Source: Folioceros fuciformis
Taxonomy: Eukaryota
Assembly (NCBI GenBank): GCA_049999805.1
Contig: JBNGIO010006258.1
Span: 240,486 to 276,047 of the forward strand
Direction of reading: 5' to 3'
Length of the DNA: 35,562 bases
How positions within the stretch are numbered: the stretch's first letter is position 1; the number at the start of each line of letters is the position of its first letter. The translations under genes were made by a program, and so were the position numbers. A model generated the notes under the pieces. It searched no databases, was not told the origin of the DNA, and saw only the letters and a program-made list of their open reading frames with translations. Of the stretch, positions 1 through 9,430 are shown piece after piece.

Positions 1-1557
1 TTCCCGTCTGGGAACATGAGATTCACCCAACCAAGATGCTTTCCATAAGACGCTTTCCAACTATGTTGCACAAAGGAAGGACACAAATTCTGAATAAAGC
101 AGAGGAACTAACCTGCCCATACGCAAACATGCAGCTGTTGTAGCCAGAAATGCAGTTGTCCACCATGGGCAGACCAGCAACATGAAAAAGCTTTTCCTGG
201 AATACGTCAAATCACCTTGGTCAGCTTGCAGCATTCCAGGTCGCCGCAAAGTTTCACCAGTTCTGACAACAGAAGAGCCTGAAAAGCAAGCAGAAGGGCG
301 GAGCTTACCTGAGTTATGCTTTCACAAGCCACATGATCAAAGGTAAAGCGAGCTTCTGGCTGGCCTAACCACGTGATCGTGTGGGGGCTCTCTTGCTTAA
401 TGCATTTAGCATAGCCTTGAGCGGAAATCTCAGAACTGCTCAGTGGACGAGTTCGGATGAGCACCTGCACAGTGCAAAGACATGATAAGCACATGCCATT
501 TGTGGCCCAGAATTACAAGACTCCTTGCACAGCGAGCACCAGTCGAGTTGGACACCGGTGCAGCTCACCTGCACATTATGATCCCTCCAAAACATGGGAT
601 CCTCCTCCAGATCGAACTGTACGTCCGTGACCATACCGCTACTGCTGCTGGGAGCAGCAACACTAGACTTGGCAGGTTGTGCCGAAGTTGGTGGCCGAGG
701 AGCTACATTCTGGGCAACCTGTGAGCGACCACTCACTGGCACCCCTGTAGCACCACCATACTTAAGTGCCCTGGACACACTTCTTGCAGGGGTGGACAAG
801 GGAGCCACTGACCCCAAAACTGTGCCATTCTCTGCATCGCCATTTTGCCGGATGCTACTGAGTCGTTTCGGGGGGGTCAAAGGATTTGTGCCTGCTGCAA
901 CAGCATTCTGGTTGGCCATCAACGATTGAGCCTCCGCCCCATTCACCTGCCTAGGCAATCCTCGACTGGGCGTAGTAACCTCAACAGTCGGGACAGAGGG
1001 AGACCGTTTCAATCCCCCAACCCCACCTGCACAATGTAGAAGGTGGCAAAGGTGACGAAAGGCCATCAAGCAAGCAAACACCCCATCGTCTATGCACACC
1101 CAGGTCAACCAAATGCCGGCACTGCACATAACCCCAGCAGGAGCTTACCAGTAACAGCGCACTCCACAGCAGGCGCAGAATTGTGCCTCTGGTGCCAAGT
1201 AAACCTGCTCTTGGATACCTGTCCCGTCACGGAGGCAGCAGACGAGGCCAGCACATGTTTCTCCGGCGTCACACCTGCCTCAGAATTCTCCAAGTGCGGG
1301 AAAGTCCCGCCTCCCAGACCTGACCCCGCCAGTTTCTTCTTCGGAGTACCCGAGTCCCCTTTTCTTGGAGACACCCCGGCACCGGACCCATCTCCAGCCA
1401 ACGGATTGAACGCACTCTCCGGAATAGAGCTCAGCGGAGTCCTCCCTGACCCCGAACCCCCGCCCTTGGCCTGAAGCGCATCCGCGCTCAAATCCTGCGC
1501 CGGTTTCTTCGGCGATCCTCTGGAGAACAAGCGGAGAGGGGAAACGCCCTTCACCAT
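1..1557 (-). CDS. KIN12: Kinesin-12 family motor (POK1/POK2-like), 5' part only; the gene runs off the left edge
   Basis: In-frame GT-AG exons 1557-1149, 1026-569, 464-309, 196-113 and 7-1 give a long disordered N-terminus, then FWRDHNVQ|VLIRTRPLS...RFTFDHVACESITQ|EKLFHVAGLPMVDNCISGYNSCMFAYGQ|TG. This is the start of a kinesin motor domain up to the P-loop; the FWxDHNVQV lead-in is typical of POK-type kinesin-12. Confidence 0.93.
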
Positions 1558-2712
1558 CTTCGTCACCTCTCCTCCCCCAAAGAGCTCGAATTGCCCACCC
1601 CCCGTCACCCCAAATCCGACCAGACCATCTCTCAATCCCGACACTCCCAATTTCGCCCACAAGTTCCGTCCAGCCCGAACCAATTCCCTCTCCCAGCCCC
1701 ACTTCCCACCTTACCGCAGGAATGCGCACCGAACCAGCCCAAGAAACCTGCACCACCAAGAACGCAGCAGCAGCCGCGAGCCCAGCCTCTGCTCCTATTC
1801 CCGCGTCTCAGTCCGACGAGGACGGGCACTGGCTCTGCGACCCGGTGCCCCAGAAGAAGACAGCTTTCTCGTCCATCGCACGGACGCAAGCTGTGTGGAA
1901 GAATTGCAGAGGAGGACTGGAGCAGTCGGGCCTCAGCCTAGCTGGGAGGAAGTAGAGGCTAGCACTCCAGAAGCGCAACGGCCACTTTGGTGGTGCCAGA
2001 GGTGCGACAAGGCAATCTTGGCCCTGGCTGCCTGGTCTGCTCGCAGTCGCAGTCGTGCAAGCAGGCAGGCGGGCCTGGATGTGCTGAATGCGAGCACGGG
2101 GAGTGAAAGAAAGCGTACCGATTTGAACATCGGAGCGTGATGTTTTCCCCCCGTAATTATGTGCTCGCCTATTGCGCCAAGCGGTGGACCGGGGTACGAG
2201 CAGCAACGGGAAGAAGTCGAGGTTTGCTGGCCCAGGCCCAGGCCCTGGCCCGATTTGAATCGCAACGGTCGCTAACGGCACTGATGCCTTAACGGCTAGT
2301 GCGTGTCCGTTCTGACAGCGCAGCCAACCTTCACGTAGCCTTTCTATACATACCATGCACATTGCTATTTGACGTCGCCTGTCTTTGGACCCCGGCCACC
2401 CACCACTTCCTACCAGCTTGTGGTTGCCGGAGTCCATCCTCCCTTCTTGCTCGGAAGCTTAGGCTCTCGACGTGTGTCTACACGGCTTAGGCCCAGTGGA
2501 GTAGGTGGAAGACTTTCTTTATAAAGTACTTTGAACTAATCATCCTGCCTATAAGAACTCCAAATTAGATGGGTGTCTAAAGGATGTCATTGAACTAAGA
2601 AGTTTTTTTTTTCTTTTTTAATGATAGGTTTTTCGTTATTCCACATTATAGGTGGTTATTGAGAATGATTTGGAACGGGCTAGTACTTTTGGTGATGCTC
2701 ATGTTGTTTCTA

Positions 2713-2791
2713 TGATTGTTTCTCTGATCTTTAGTCTTGCTTGATTGTTTCTCTGATCTTTAGTCTTGCTCAGATTGGTTCTCTGATCTTT
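2713..2791. repeat. 29-bp tandem repeat (2 exact copies + 1 partial)
   Basis: TGATTGTTTCTCTGATCTTTAGTCTTGCT at 2713-2741 and 2742-2770, with a degenerate copy at 2771-2791. Confidence 0.9.
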
Positions 2792-3368
2792 CTCCAACTC
2801 CAACTGTTCTTTCAAGCTTTCTCCCATCTTTTAGCCTTGTATGGAATATCGATACGAAACAAATGTGCCCTCTTCGATTGTAGGGCACAAAGTAGGTGTC
2901 CCGATCAACACAACTACTTTATAATCCTTAATGTTTGTACATAACTTACCCTGGCGGTATAGGGTCCAAACATTTTGGACGTAACAAATAAGCCCCGTAA
3001 CATATGAGCCTTCTCCAGTCCTAGGGCACAAAGAAGGTGTCCCGATCGGGACACCTATTTTTTGATCCCTCACGTTTGGATCCGTTACGTATGATAATAT
3101 CCGAGGACCCCAGGCAATGGTGCACACCAAGACGGTCAGCGAGGTGGTGATGCGGGTCGGCGGCGGGGTCGTGATGCAGATTCAAGTTCCTAGTCTAGCA
3201 TCCCATCAACAAGGAGGATGTGGAGGTAGTAGTGCGAGCTCTCTTACTCTGAGGTGTGCTCCTCTAGAGAGGAGAATGACACATTTGTGCGTCCACGGTG
3301 GCATCAATGCCGTTAGCGACTGTTGCAATGTCAGGACTGGTGTCAGCTGCCGCCCATGGCAGACAATT

Positions 3369-3576
3369 GTCTCTCGCTCGCCGGGCGTGAGGGTCTTATA
3401 TGACGGTGTCAATCGGTGCATGTCTCAAACACTACCAAACCCTAAGGGCGGCCAACAACCGTCTCTTGCTTGCCGGGCGTGAGGGTCTTACATGGCGGTG
3501 TCAATCGGTGCATGTCTNNNNNNNNNNTACATGGCGGTGTCAATCGGTGCATGTCTGAAACACTACAAAACCCTAA
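3369..3576. repeat. ~90-bp tandem duplication spanning a 10-N assembly gap
   Basis: GCCGGGCGTGAGGGTCTTA..TG.CGGTGTCAATCGGTGCATGTCT recurs at ~3380 and ~3472, and its 3' part again after the gap at 3518-3527. Units end in CACTAC(C/A)AAACCCTAA. True copy number is unknown because of the gap. Confidence 0.85.
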
Positions 3577-3819
3577 CCCCTTCGAACCCCTGACATGTTT
3601 CATCGTTATTTTTTATGATGAGGGTGCGTGAACCCAAATAAAAAATATAGTACGCATCCGTATCAATCACATGCCCGTTACAGTGATGAGAAAAAGTTCC
3701 TCGAAGTGTACAGGTAGGTCCCGTGACGTGGCTATGTTCAGTACGGGGAATCTGTAGTAGATTCTACAATATATTTCCATATAACATACGTATTTAAAAA
3801 AAAAAAATCTATGTCTAGG

Positions 3820-4243
3820 CTGTGTCCAAATCGGTATTCCATAGCCTTGCTCGGACTGTTCCTCCAATCTTTGGCTTTGCTCGAATTGTTCTTGCAATCT
3901 TTAGCCCTACTATCCAAATCGGTATTCTGTACGTGATCTTTAGCCCTCTTGTCTGAATCGGTATTCCATAGCCTTGCTCGGACTCTTACTCCAATCTTTG
4001 GCTTTGCTCGAATTGTTCATTTGATCTGTGGCTTTGGTTGAATGGCTTTGCTCCAATCTTTGGCTTTGCTCAAATTGTTCATTTGATCTGTGGCTTTGGT
4101 CGAATGGCTTTGCTCCAATCTTTGGCTTTGCTCGAATTGTTCATCTGATCTGTGGCTTTGCTCAAATTGATCATCTGATATGTGGCTTTGCTCGAATTGT
4201 TCATCTGATCTGTAGCCCTATTTAGATTGTTCCTCCAATCTTT
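3820..4243. repeat. Degenerate ~30-bp tandem array (minisatellite)
   Basis: Repeated GCTTTGCTC(G/A)AATTGTTCAT(C/T)TGATCTGTG units, interspersed with ...CTCCAATCTTTGG variants; roughly a dozen units. Confidence 0.88.
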
Positions 4244-4584
4244 ATGAGTAGATGAAACTTTCCATCTCCTTTTCAATAATAGAAAATAGAATTAATTTTT
4301 TAATTATATGAATCTTGTATATATAACATAAGTTAAATATCATATTAAGCTATATCCTTTAAAAGTTATGTTATGATTTTTAATAATTTAATAAGCACTA
4401 AAAATAAATATAATTGATTGAAAGAAGATATCAGAAATCCTATCTACACCAAAAATGAGGAGAAAAAAATCCCTTGGTGGGGATTTGGAAGCGATAGTGA
4501 GGGCTAGCCCTTGTACATAATATACCACTCCCATAAATATTTGCTGCCGTTATTAGAGATAAAAGAAGACACAACAATGTCTAC

Positions 4585-5259
4585 GGCTAGCCATAAAAAT
4601 CAGTTGGCTAGGTCTGGGCCCCACAGACACTCTTCCTACACGAGTGTGCTGCAAAGGTTGCCACATAACATGTGACCATAGGCTTCACTGGCTACCGGTT
4701 GTGTCTGCCACCAGGTTGTAAGAACTATGGTTTAGGTAATGAAACCCTCCTTTCAAATCATGATTTGCTTACACAGCAGTGTACAAAATTGATGCCAAAT
4801 TCGTGCTCCTTAGATGGACAACAGTGATCCTACTTGACCTCGCTTACCACCGAATGATGCGCCCTGTATTGCTTACTACCAACACAAACAAATTTTGTGT
4901 GCGTTTTAGAATACATTTGTGTGCGTTTCAGGGTACATGAAAAGGTTTTCTTCGCATCTTCAATCTTCACTAATTGTTGCATTCTAAATACCATTTTGTT
5001 TCCCTCATCATGTGAGTAGGGTGCTAAGAAAAGATAAGAACAGAATGATGCGTGTGTGCGTGATCTTGCTCCAGATCTTCATTGCCAGCCCGTTTTTCGC
5101 GGCGATAATTCACGTCTCGCCCCGTGCCGCTTTATTTCACTGTATATGCTGACCGTATCTCTATGCACAAGCCATGGGATGTTATACATGAACCATGGCA
5201 CGGCTGCACGAATGGATCGGTGGGGCCCAGACCTGGCCAACTGGGTTTTACGGCTAGCC
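4585..5259. mobile_element. Non-autonomous TIR element (MITE/MULE-like), ~675 bp
   Basis: Left end GGCTAGCCATAAAAATCAGTTGGCTAGGTCTGGGCCCCA (4585-4623) is a near-perfect inverted repeat of 5221-5259, and weaker inverted similarity extends to ~100 bp. The flanks are AATGTCTAC (4576-4584) and GATGTCTAC (5260-5268), a 9-bp TSD with 1 mismatch. No transposase ORF inside. Confidence 0.8.
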
Positions 5260-5375
5260 GATGTCTACATCACATACGCTCCCAGTGTTGAAAAAAATGG
5301 TCAAAACGGTCTAGCCAGTGTGAAGTTACTGTTCATGTGGTTCGGTGTACCTGACACATGGTTTGTTTGGGACCG

Positions 5376-8300
5376 CTACAAAGGTTCTCGACTGGAGAGC
5401 TTGGGCGCAGATCGCCGCTTCGATGGGCACGCCGTTTCAGTGACGCAATCAACGTAGAAACGCGCACTTCCACAAAATCTGGTTGTTGACGTAGAATCCT
5501 TCTTCACTTTCAAGAAGAACGGTTTCAGCATTGCTTGACCTTTGGAATGCTTCCTATCCCCGGACAGAAAATTGTGGATCAATCCATCCACGTCTGTCCA
5601 CCAGCTTTGGCCTGGCTGCTTCCATGCCCCGATTTTCATTCTCATCTCCTGTACTTCCTGTGCTTGCTCCCACATTTGGGCACTGGTATAGATGTTTGAC
5701 ATCAAAACATATGCTGAAGTATCTTTCCTATCTAACTTTACTGCCTCAATGTAAGACTGGCATCCCACCACCACATTGCTCCACTTTCGACACGCACCCA
5801 AGAGAGCGTGCCAAACTCCCGCATTAGGACGTACAGGCATTGTCCTTACCAAAACTAGTGCCTCATCCAGTCGGCCTGCACGACCGAGGAGATCCACCAT
5901 GCATGTATAATGTTCCAGTGTGGGAGTGACGCTGTAGAGACTGCTCATGGCCTTGAAGTACTCTCGTCCTTTGTCCAAAAGTCCAGCATGACTGCATACT
6001 GTTAAAACACTAAGGAATGTGATGCTGACTGGCTCTATGCCATCCTCCACCATTCTCTGCACCGAGTCGAATACCACTTCACTGTCTCCTTGACAGGTGT
6101 ACCCTGCGATCAGTGCACTCCAGGTGAAAACATCTCGATCTGCCAAGGCATGAAACACCTGCTGTGCGTCAATCATGCTCCCAGACTTCCCATACATGTT
6201 TATCAAACTTCCGGCTATAGACAAGTTGGATTGAAGCCCTTGTTCTTCAACATGAGCATGTAGCTGCCTCCCTAGATGCAGGGCAGCCTCATTTGCACAA
6301 GCCTTAAGGAGGCACACAAAGGTCAGAGCGTTGAGGATTGCGATACCTTCTTCACGCATAACACGATAAAGAGCCAAGGCCTCCTGGTACATTCCCTGCT
6401 GGGAATACGCCACAATTAAATGAGACCACGTTGCCTCACTTTTTTCAACAAGTCCGTCAAACACTCTGCGAGCATCCTCTAGGCTGCCGCACTTTGTATA
6501 CATGTACACCAAACTGCGGCTGGTTAGATTCACGTCAGCTTCATGTCCTCGTCCTTTGATTTGTGCATGCAGCAACTTCCCCATCTCCAAAGCTGGGTAG
6601 CCAACGGTTGCACATGCCTCCAGGAGGCACACAAATGCCACCCAATCAAGCACAGGCAAGTCGTCGTCTTGCATAGTACCGTAAAGAAGTAGCGCTTCCT
6701 GGGCCATGCCCTGCTGGCAGTATCCCGTAATTAGAGCAGTCCATGTCACGACATCTTTTTGAACGAGGCCATCAAACACTCTTTGAGCATCGTCTAGGCT
6801 GCCACACTTTGCATACATATCTACCAGACTGTTGCCAACTAACACATCAGCTTCATGTCCTCGTTCGATTATCTGCCCATGGAGCTGCTTCCCATCTTCC
6901 AAACACATGGTGCCAACACTTGCACATGCCTGCAGGAGGCATGCAAATGTGACAGAATTGGGGACAGAGCTGCCTTCCGCTTGCATAGCACTGTACAGAA
7001 GAAGGGCTTCCTCGCCGAAGCCCTGCTGGGAATATCCTGCAATCAGAGCAGTCCATGTCACCACATCTTTTTGATTGAGTCCGTCAAACACACTCCGAGC
7101 ATCCTCTAGGCTGCCGCACTTTGCATACATGCTTAACAAACTGTTGGCTACGTACACATCAGTTTCTACTCCATGTTCCATGATTTGCGCATGAAGCTGC
7201 TTTCCTTTCTCTAAACCCAGGGTGCCAACACATGCACATGCCTGCAGAAGGGACACAAATGTCACGGAATTGGGTACAGCAACGCCTTCTGCTTGCATAT
7301 CACTGTAGATATGAAGGGCCTCCTGGCCCTTACCTTGCTGGCAATATCCCGCAATTAGAGCTGTCCATGTCACCACATCTTTCTGATTCAGTCCGTTGAA
7401 CACTCGCTGAGCATTGTCCAGGTTGCCACACTTTGCGTACATGTTTACCAAACTGCTGGCCACAGTTACATCCGCTTGATGTCCTCGTTCTCGAATTTGA
7501 GCATGAAGCTGCTCCCCCTTCTCCAAAGCTGGGGAACCCACACTTGCACATGCCTGCAGGAGGCACACGAACGTCACACAATCAGGTGCAACCTTGCCAT
7601 CTTCTGACATAAGACTGTGAAGATGAAGGGCTTCCTGGCCCATGCCATGCAGGGAATATCCTGCAATGAGAGCTGTCCAGGTCACCGCGTCTCTTTGACT
7701 AAGCTCATCAAACTCCCTACGGGCATCCTGCAAGCTACCACATTTTGCATACATTTGTATCAAACTGTTGGCTACAATTACACCACCTTGGTATCCACGC
7801 TCTCTGATTTCTGCATGAAGCTGCTTCCCCTTCTCCAAGGCTGGGGTGCCCACACTTGCACATGCCTGCAGGAGGCACACATATGTTACAGAATCAGGTA
7901 CAGTCACGCCATCTTCTTGCATGTCACTGTACAGACGAAGAGCTTCCTGACCCATGCCTCGCTGAGAGTATCCGGCGATAAGAGCAGTCCATGTCACCAC
8001 ATCTTTTCGCGCAAGTGCGTGAAACTCTCTCTGAGCATCATCTAGGCTGCCACACTTTGCATACATGTTTACCAAGCTGTTGCCTACAAACATATCTGCT
8101 TGTTTTCCACATTCTCTGATTTGAGCATGAAGTTGCTTTCCCTTCTCTAAAGCTGGGGTGCCTACACTTGCACATGCCTGCAGGAGGCACAGGAATGTCA
8201 CGGAATTGGGTTCAACACCACTTTCTTGCATAGCACTGTAGAGATGAAGAGCATCCTGTCCCCTGCCCAGCTTGGAGTATCCTGATAGCAGAGCATTCCA

Positions 8301-9272
8301 TGTTACAACATTTTTATCAACAAGTGCATCAAACACACCCTGAGCATCCTCTAAGCTGCCGCACTTTGCATACATGTCCACCAAGCTATTACAGACAAAC
8401 AAATCAGGTTCGAGCCCACTGGCCAGCAGATCTGCATGCACCTGCTGTCCAGCTTTCAAGTGCGATCCCCTTGCACAAGCCTGAAGTGCTGCCACAAACA
8501 CATGGCCATCTGGCTTCACACTTAACTTGCACATTCGGTGATACAGTCGTATGGCCTGCTTGTCTTGTCCATGTTTGACGTGCGCAGAAATTATAGAAGA
8601 CCACATGAAGGCATCTGGTGTGGCAACCATATTGAACACATCGGTAGCATCTTCCAACCTGCCATACGAGGAATACATTCGCAGAATGTGGTTGCACAAG
8701 AACTCGTCCGACTGATATCCATGTTTCACTGTTAAAGCATGGACGCGGCGACCCAAAACAAGATCCTTCTCGACCACACACTTCTTGAGGACAGTATAGA
8801 AGAGAGATTTGGAAATGCAGCAGTCTGCCTGCACCAGAATTCCCAAAGCCTCGACAGCTACAGTGAGATGGCTCTGGTGACAAAGCTTGCTCACGGTCTC
8901 AGCCGTTACGTCACTTTCAGATGCTGCAGCCCAGCAGGTATCGGGGTCATACTGCAATGTCGTTAGCCAGGGGACCCGATCGGACTCCCTATACCTCGAT
9001 TCAGCCCAAAAGACGATCTTGTTACCTGGCCTCCTAGCCTCTGTACAAGGTCCATCTCCAGGCAGACATCCTCTTAAACATGATGGTTCCCGTTTGAAAA
9101 TGCTGCACCTTGCCGCTACCTCTTGGTTGCTTGGAGCCAGGTGGGCGGGAGCTTGTCCTACGATACCTGTTATTGCACCACCTTTTTTACTACACGACGT
9201 GGTCCTCAACGGCATAGCCAAGCCGCAACCCTTTGCTATGGTGTAAGTCACATGACCGTGTAGATCACACAT
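5376..9272 (-). CDS. PLS-class pentatricopeptide repeat protein (29 PPR motifs, E1, E2, WW-type PG box, truncated DYW); probable organellar RNA-editing specificity factor
   Basis: Single 1298-aa ORF with the order L-S-(P-L-S)x8-P2-L2-S2-E1-E2. Hallmark strings are NSLVDMYAKCGSL, VVTWTALIAGY, FLSVLTVCSHAG, EHYTCMVDLLGRAG, YVLMSNIY, then KQPGQSWWTD. There is no in-frame HxE, CxxC or DYW. The true start codon is uncertain. Confidence 0.96.
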   Translation of the reverse strand: MCDLHGHVTYTIAKGCGLAMPLRTTSCSKKGGAITGIVGQAPAHLAPSNQEVAARCSIFKREPSCLRGCLPGDGPCTEARRPGNKIVFWAESRYRESDRVPWLTTLQYDPDTCWAAASESDVTAETVSKLCHQSHLTVAVEALGILVQADCCISKSLFYTVLKKCVVEKDLVLGRRVHALTVKHGYQSDEFLCNHILRMYSSYGRLEDATDVFNMVATPDAFMWSSIISAHVKHGQDKQAIRLYHRMCKLSVKPDGHVFVAALQACARGSHLKAGQQVHADLLASGLEPDLFVCNSLVDMYAKCGSLEDAQGVFDALVDKNVVTWNALLSGYSKLGRGQDALHLYSAMQESGVEPNSVTFLCLLQACASVGTPALEKGKQLHAQIRECGKQADMFVGNSLVNMYAKCGSLDDAQREFHALARKDVVTWTALIAGYSQRGMGQEALRLYSDMQEDGVTVPDSVTYVCLLQACASVGTPALEKGKQLHAEIRERGYQGGVIVANSLIQMYAKCGSLQDARREFDELSQRDAVTWTALIAGYSLHGMGQEALHLHSLMSEDGKVAPDCVTFVCLLQACASVGSPALEKGEQLHAQIRERGHQADVTVASSLVNMYAKCGNLDNAQRVFNGLNQKDVVTWTALIAGYCQQGKGQEALHIYSDMQAEGVAVPNSVTFVSLLQACACVGTLGLEKGKQLHAQIMEHGVETDVYVANSLLSMYAKCGSLEDARSVFDGLNQKDVVTWTALIAGYSQQGFGEEALLLYSAMQAEGSSVPNSVTFACLLQACASVGTMCLEDGKQLHGQIIERGHEADVLVGNSLVDMYAKCGSLDDAQRVFDGLVQKDVVTWTALITGYCQQGMAQEALLLYGTMQDDDLPVLDWVAFVCLLEACATVGYPALEMGKLLHAQIKGRGHEADVNLTSRSLVYMYTKCGSLEDARRVFDGLVEKSEATWSHLIVAYSQQGMYQEALALYRVMREEGIAILNALTFVCLLKACANEAALHLGRQLHAHVEEQGLQSNLSIAGSLINMYGKSGSMIDAQQVFHALADRDVFTWSALIAGYTCQGDSEVVFDSVQRMVEDGIEPVSITFLSVLTVCSHAGLLDKGREYFKAMSSLYSVTPTLEHYTCMVDLLGRAGRLDEALVLVRTMPVRPNAGVWHALLGACRKWSNVVVGCQSYIEAVKLDRKDTSAYVLMSNIYTSAQMWEQAQEVQEMRMKIGAWKQPGQSWWTDVDGLIHNFLSGDRKHSKGQAMLKPFFLKVKKDSTSTTRFCGSARFYVDCVTETACPSKRRSAPKLSSREPL

Positions 9273-9406
9273 GACTAGACATACAATTCAACAAATATCC
9301 TCGACCAAAAACTGAAACCGATCGTTAGAGTTCGCCATAACCATCTGTGATTCTCTCTTCCACAGAAACATCCAGTGGGGTGAACATCACGTTGTACAAC
9401 CATATT

Positions 9407-9415
9407 AAACCCTAG
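9407..9415 (+). promoter_or_regulatory. Telo-box-like element (AAACCCTAG) in the short divergent PPR/Ycf54-like intergenic region
   Basis: AAACCCTA core lying between two head-to-head genes; motif match only. Confidence 0.3.
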
Positions 9416-9430
9416 TGCAAAGCATGGACC

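Noticed and set aside
1591-2490. Short ORFs upstream of the kinesin
   Set aside because: GC-rich, low-complexity promoter or UTR-like sequence with no recognisable family or coherent exon chain.
3561-3570. CACTACAAAA as a CACTA transposon terminus
   Set aside because: It is part of an internal tandem unit; no matching inverted end or 3-bp TSD was found.
5056-5457. 133-aa plus-strand ORF
   Set aside because: It straddles the MITE end and the antisense PPR tail, has a non-ATG start and shows no transposase motifs.
5376-5620. U-to-C editing (DYW:KP-type) factor
   Set aside because: The box reads PGQSWW rather than a KPAxA-type motif, and no intact deaminase is present.
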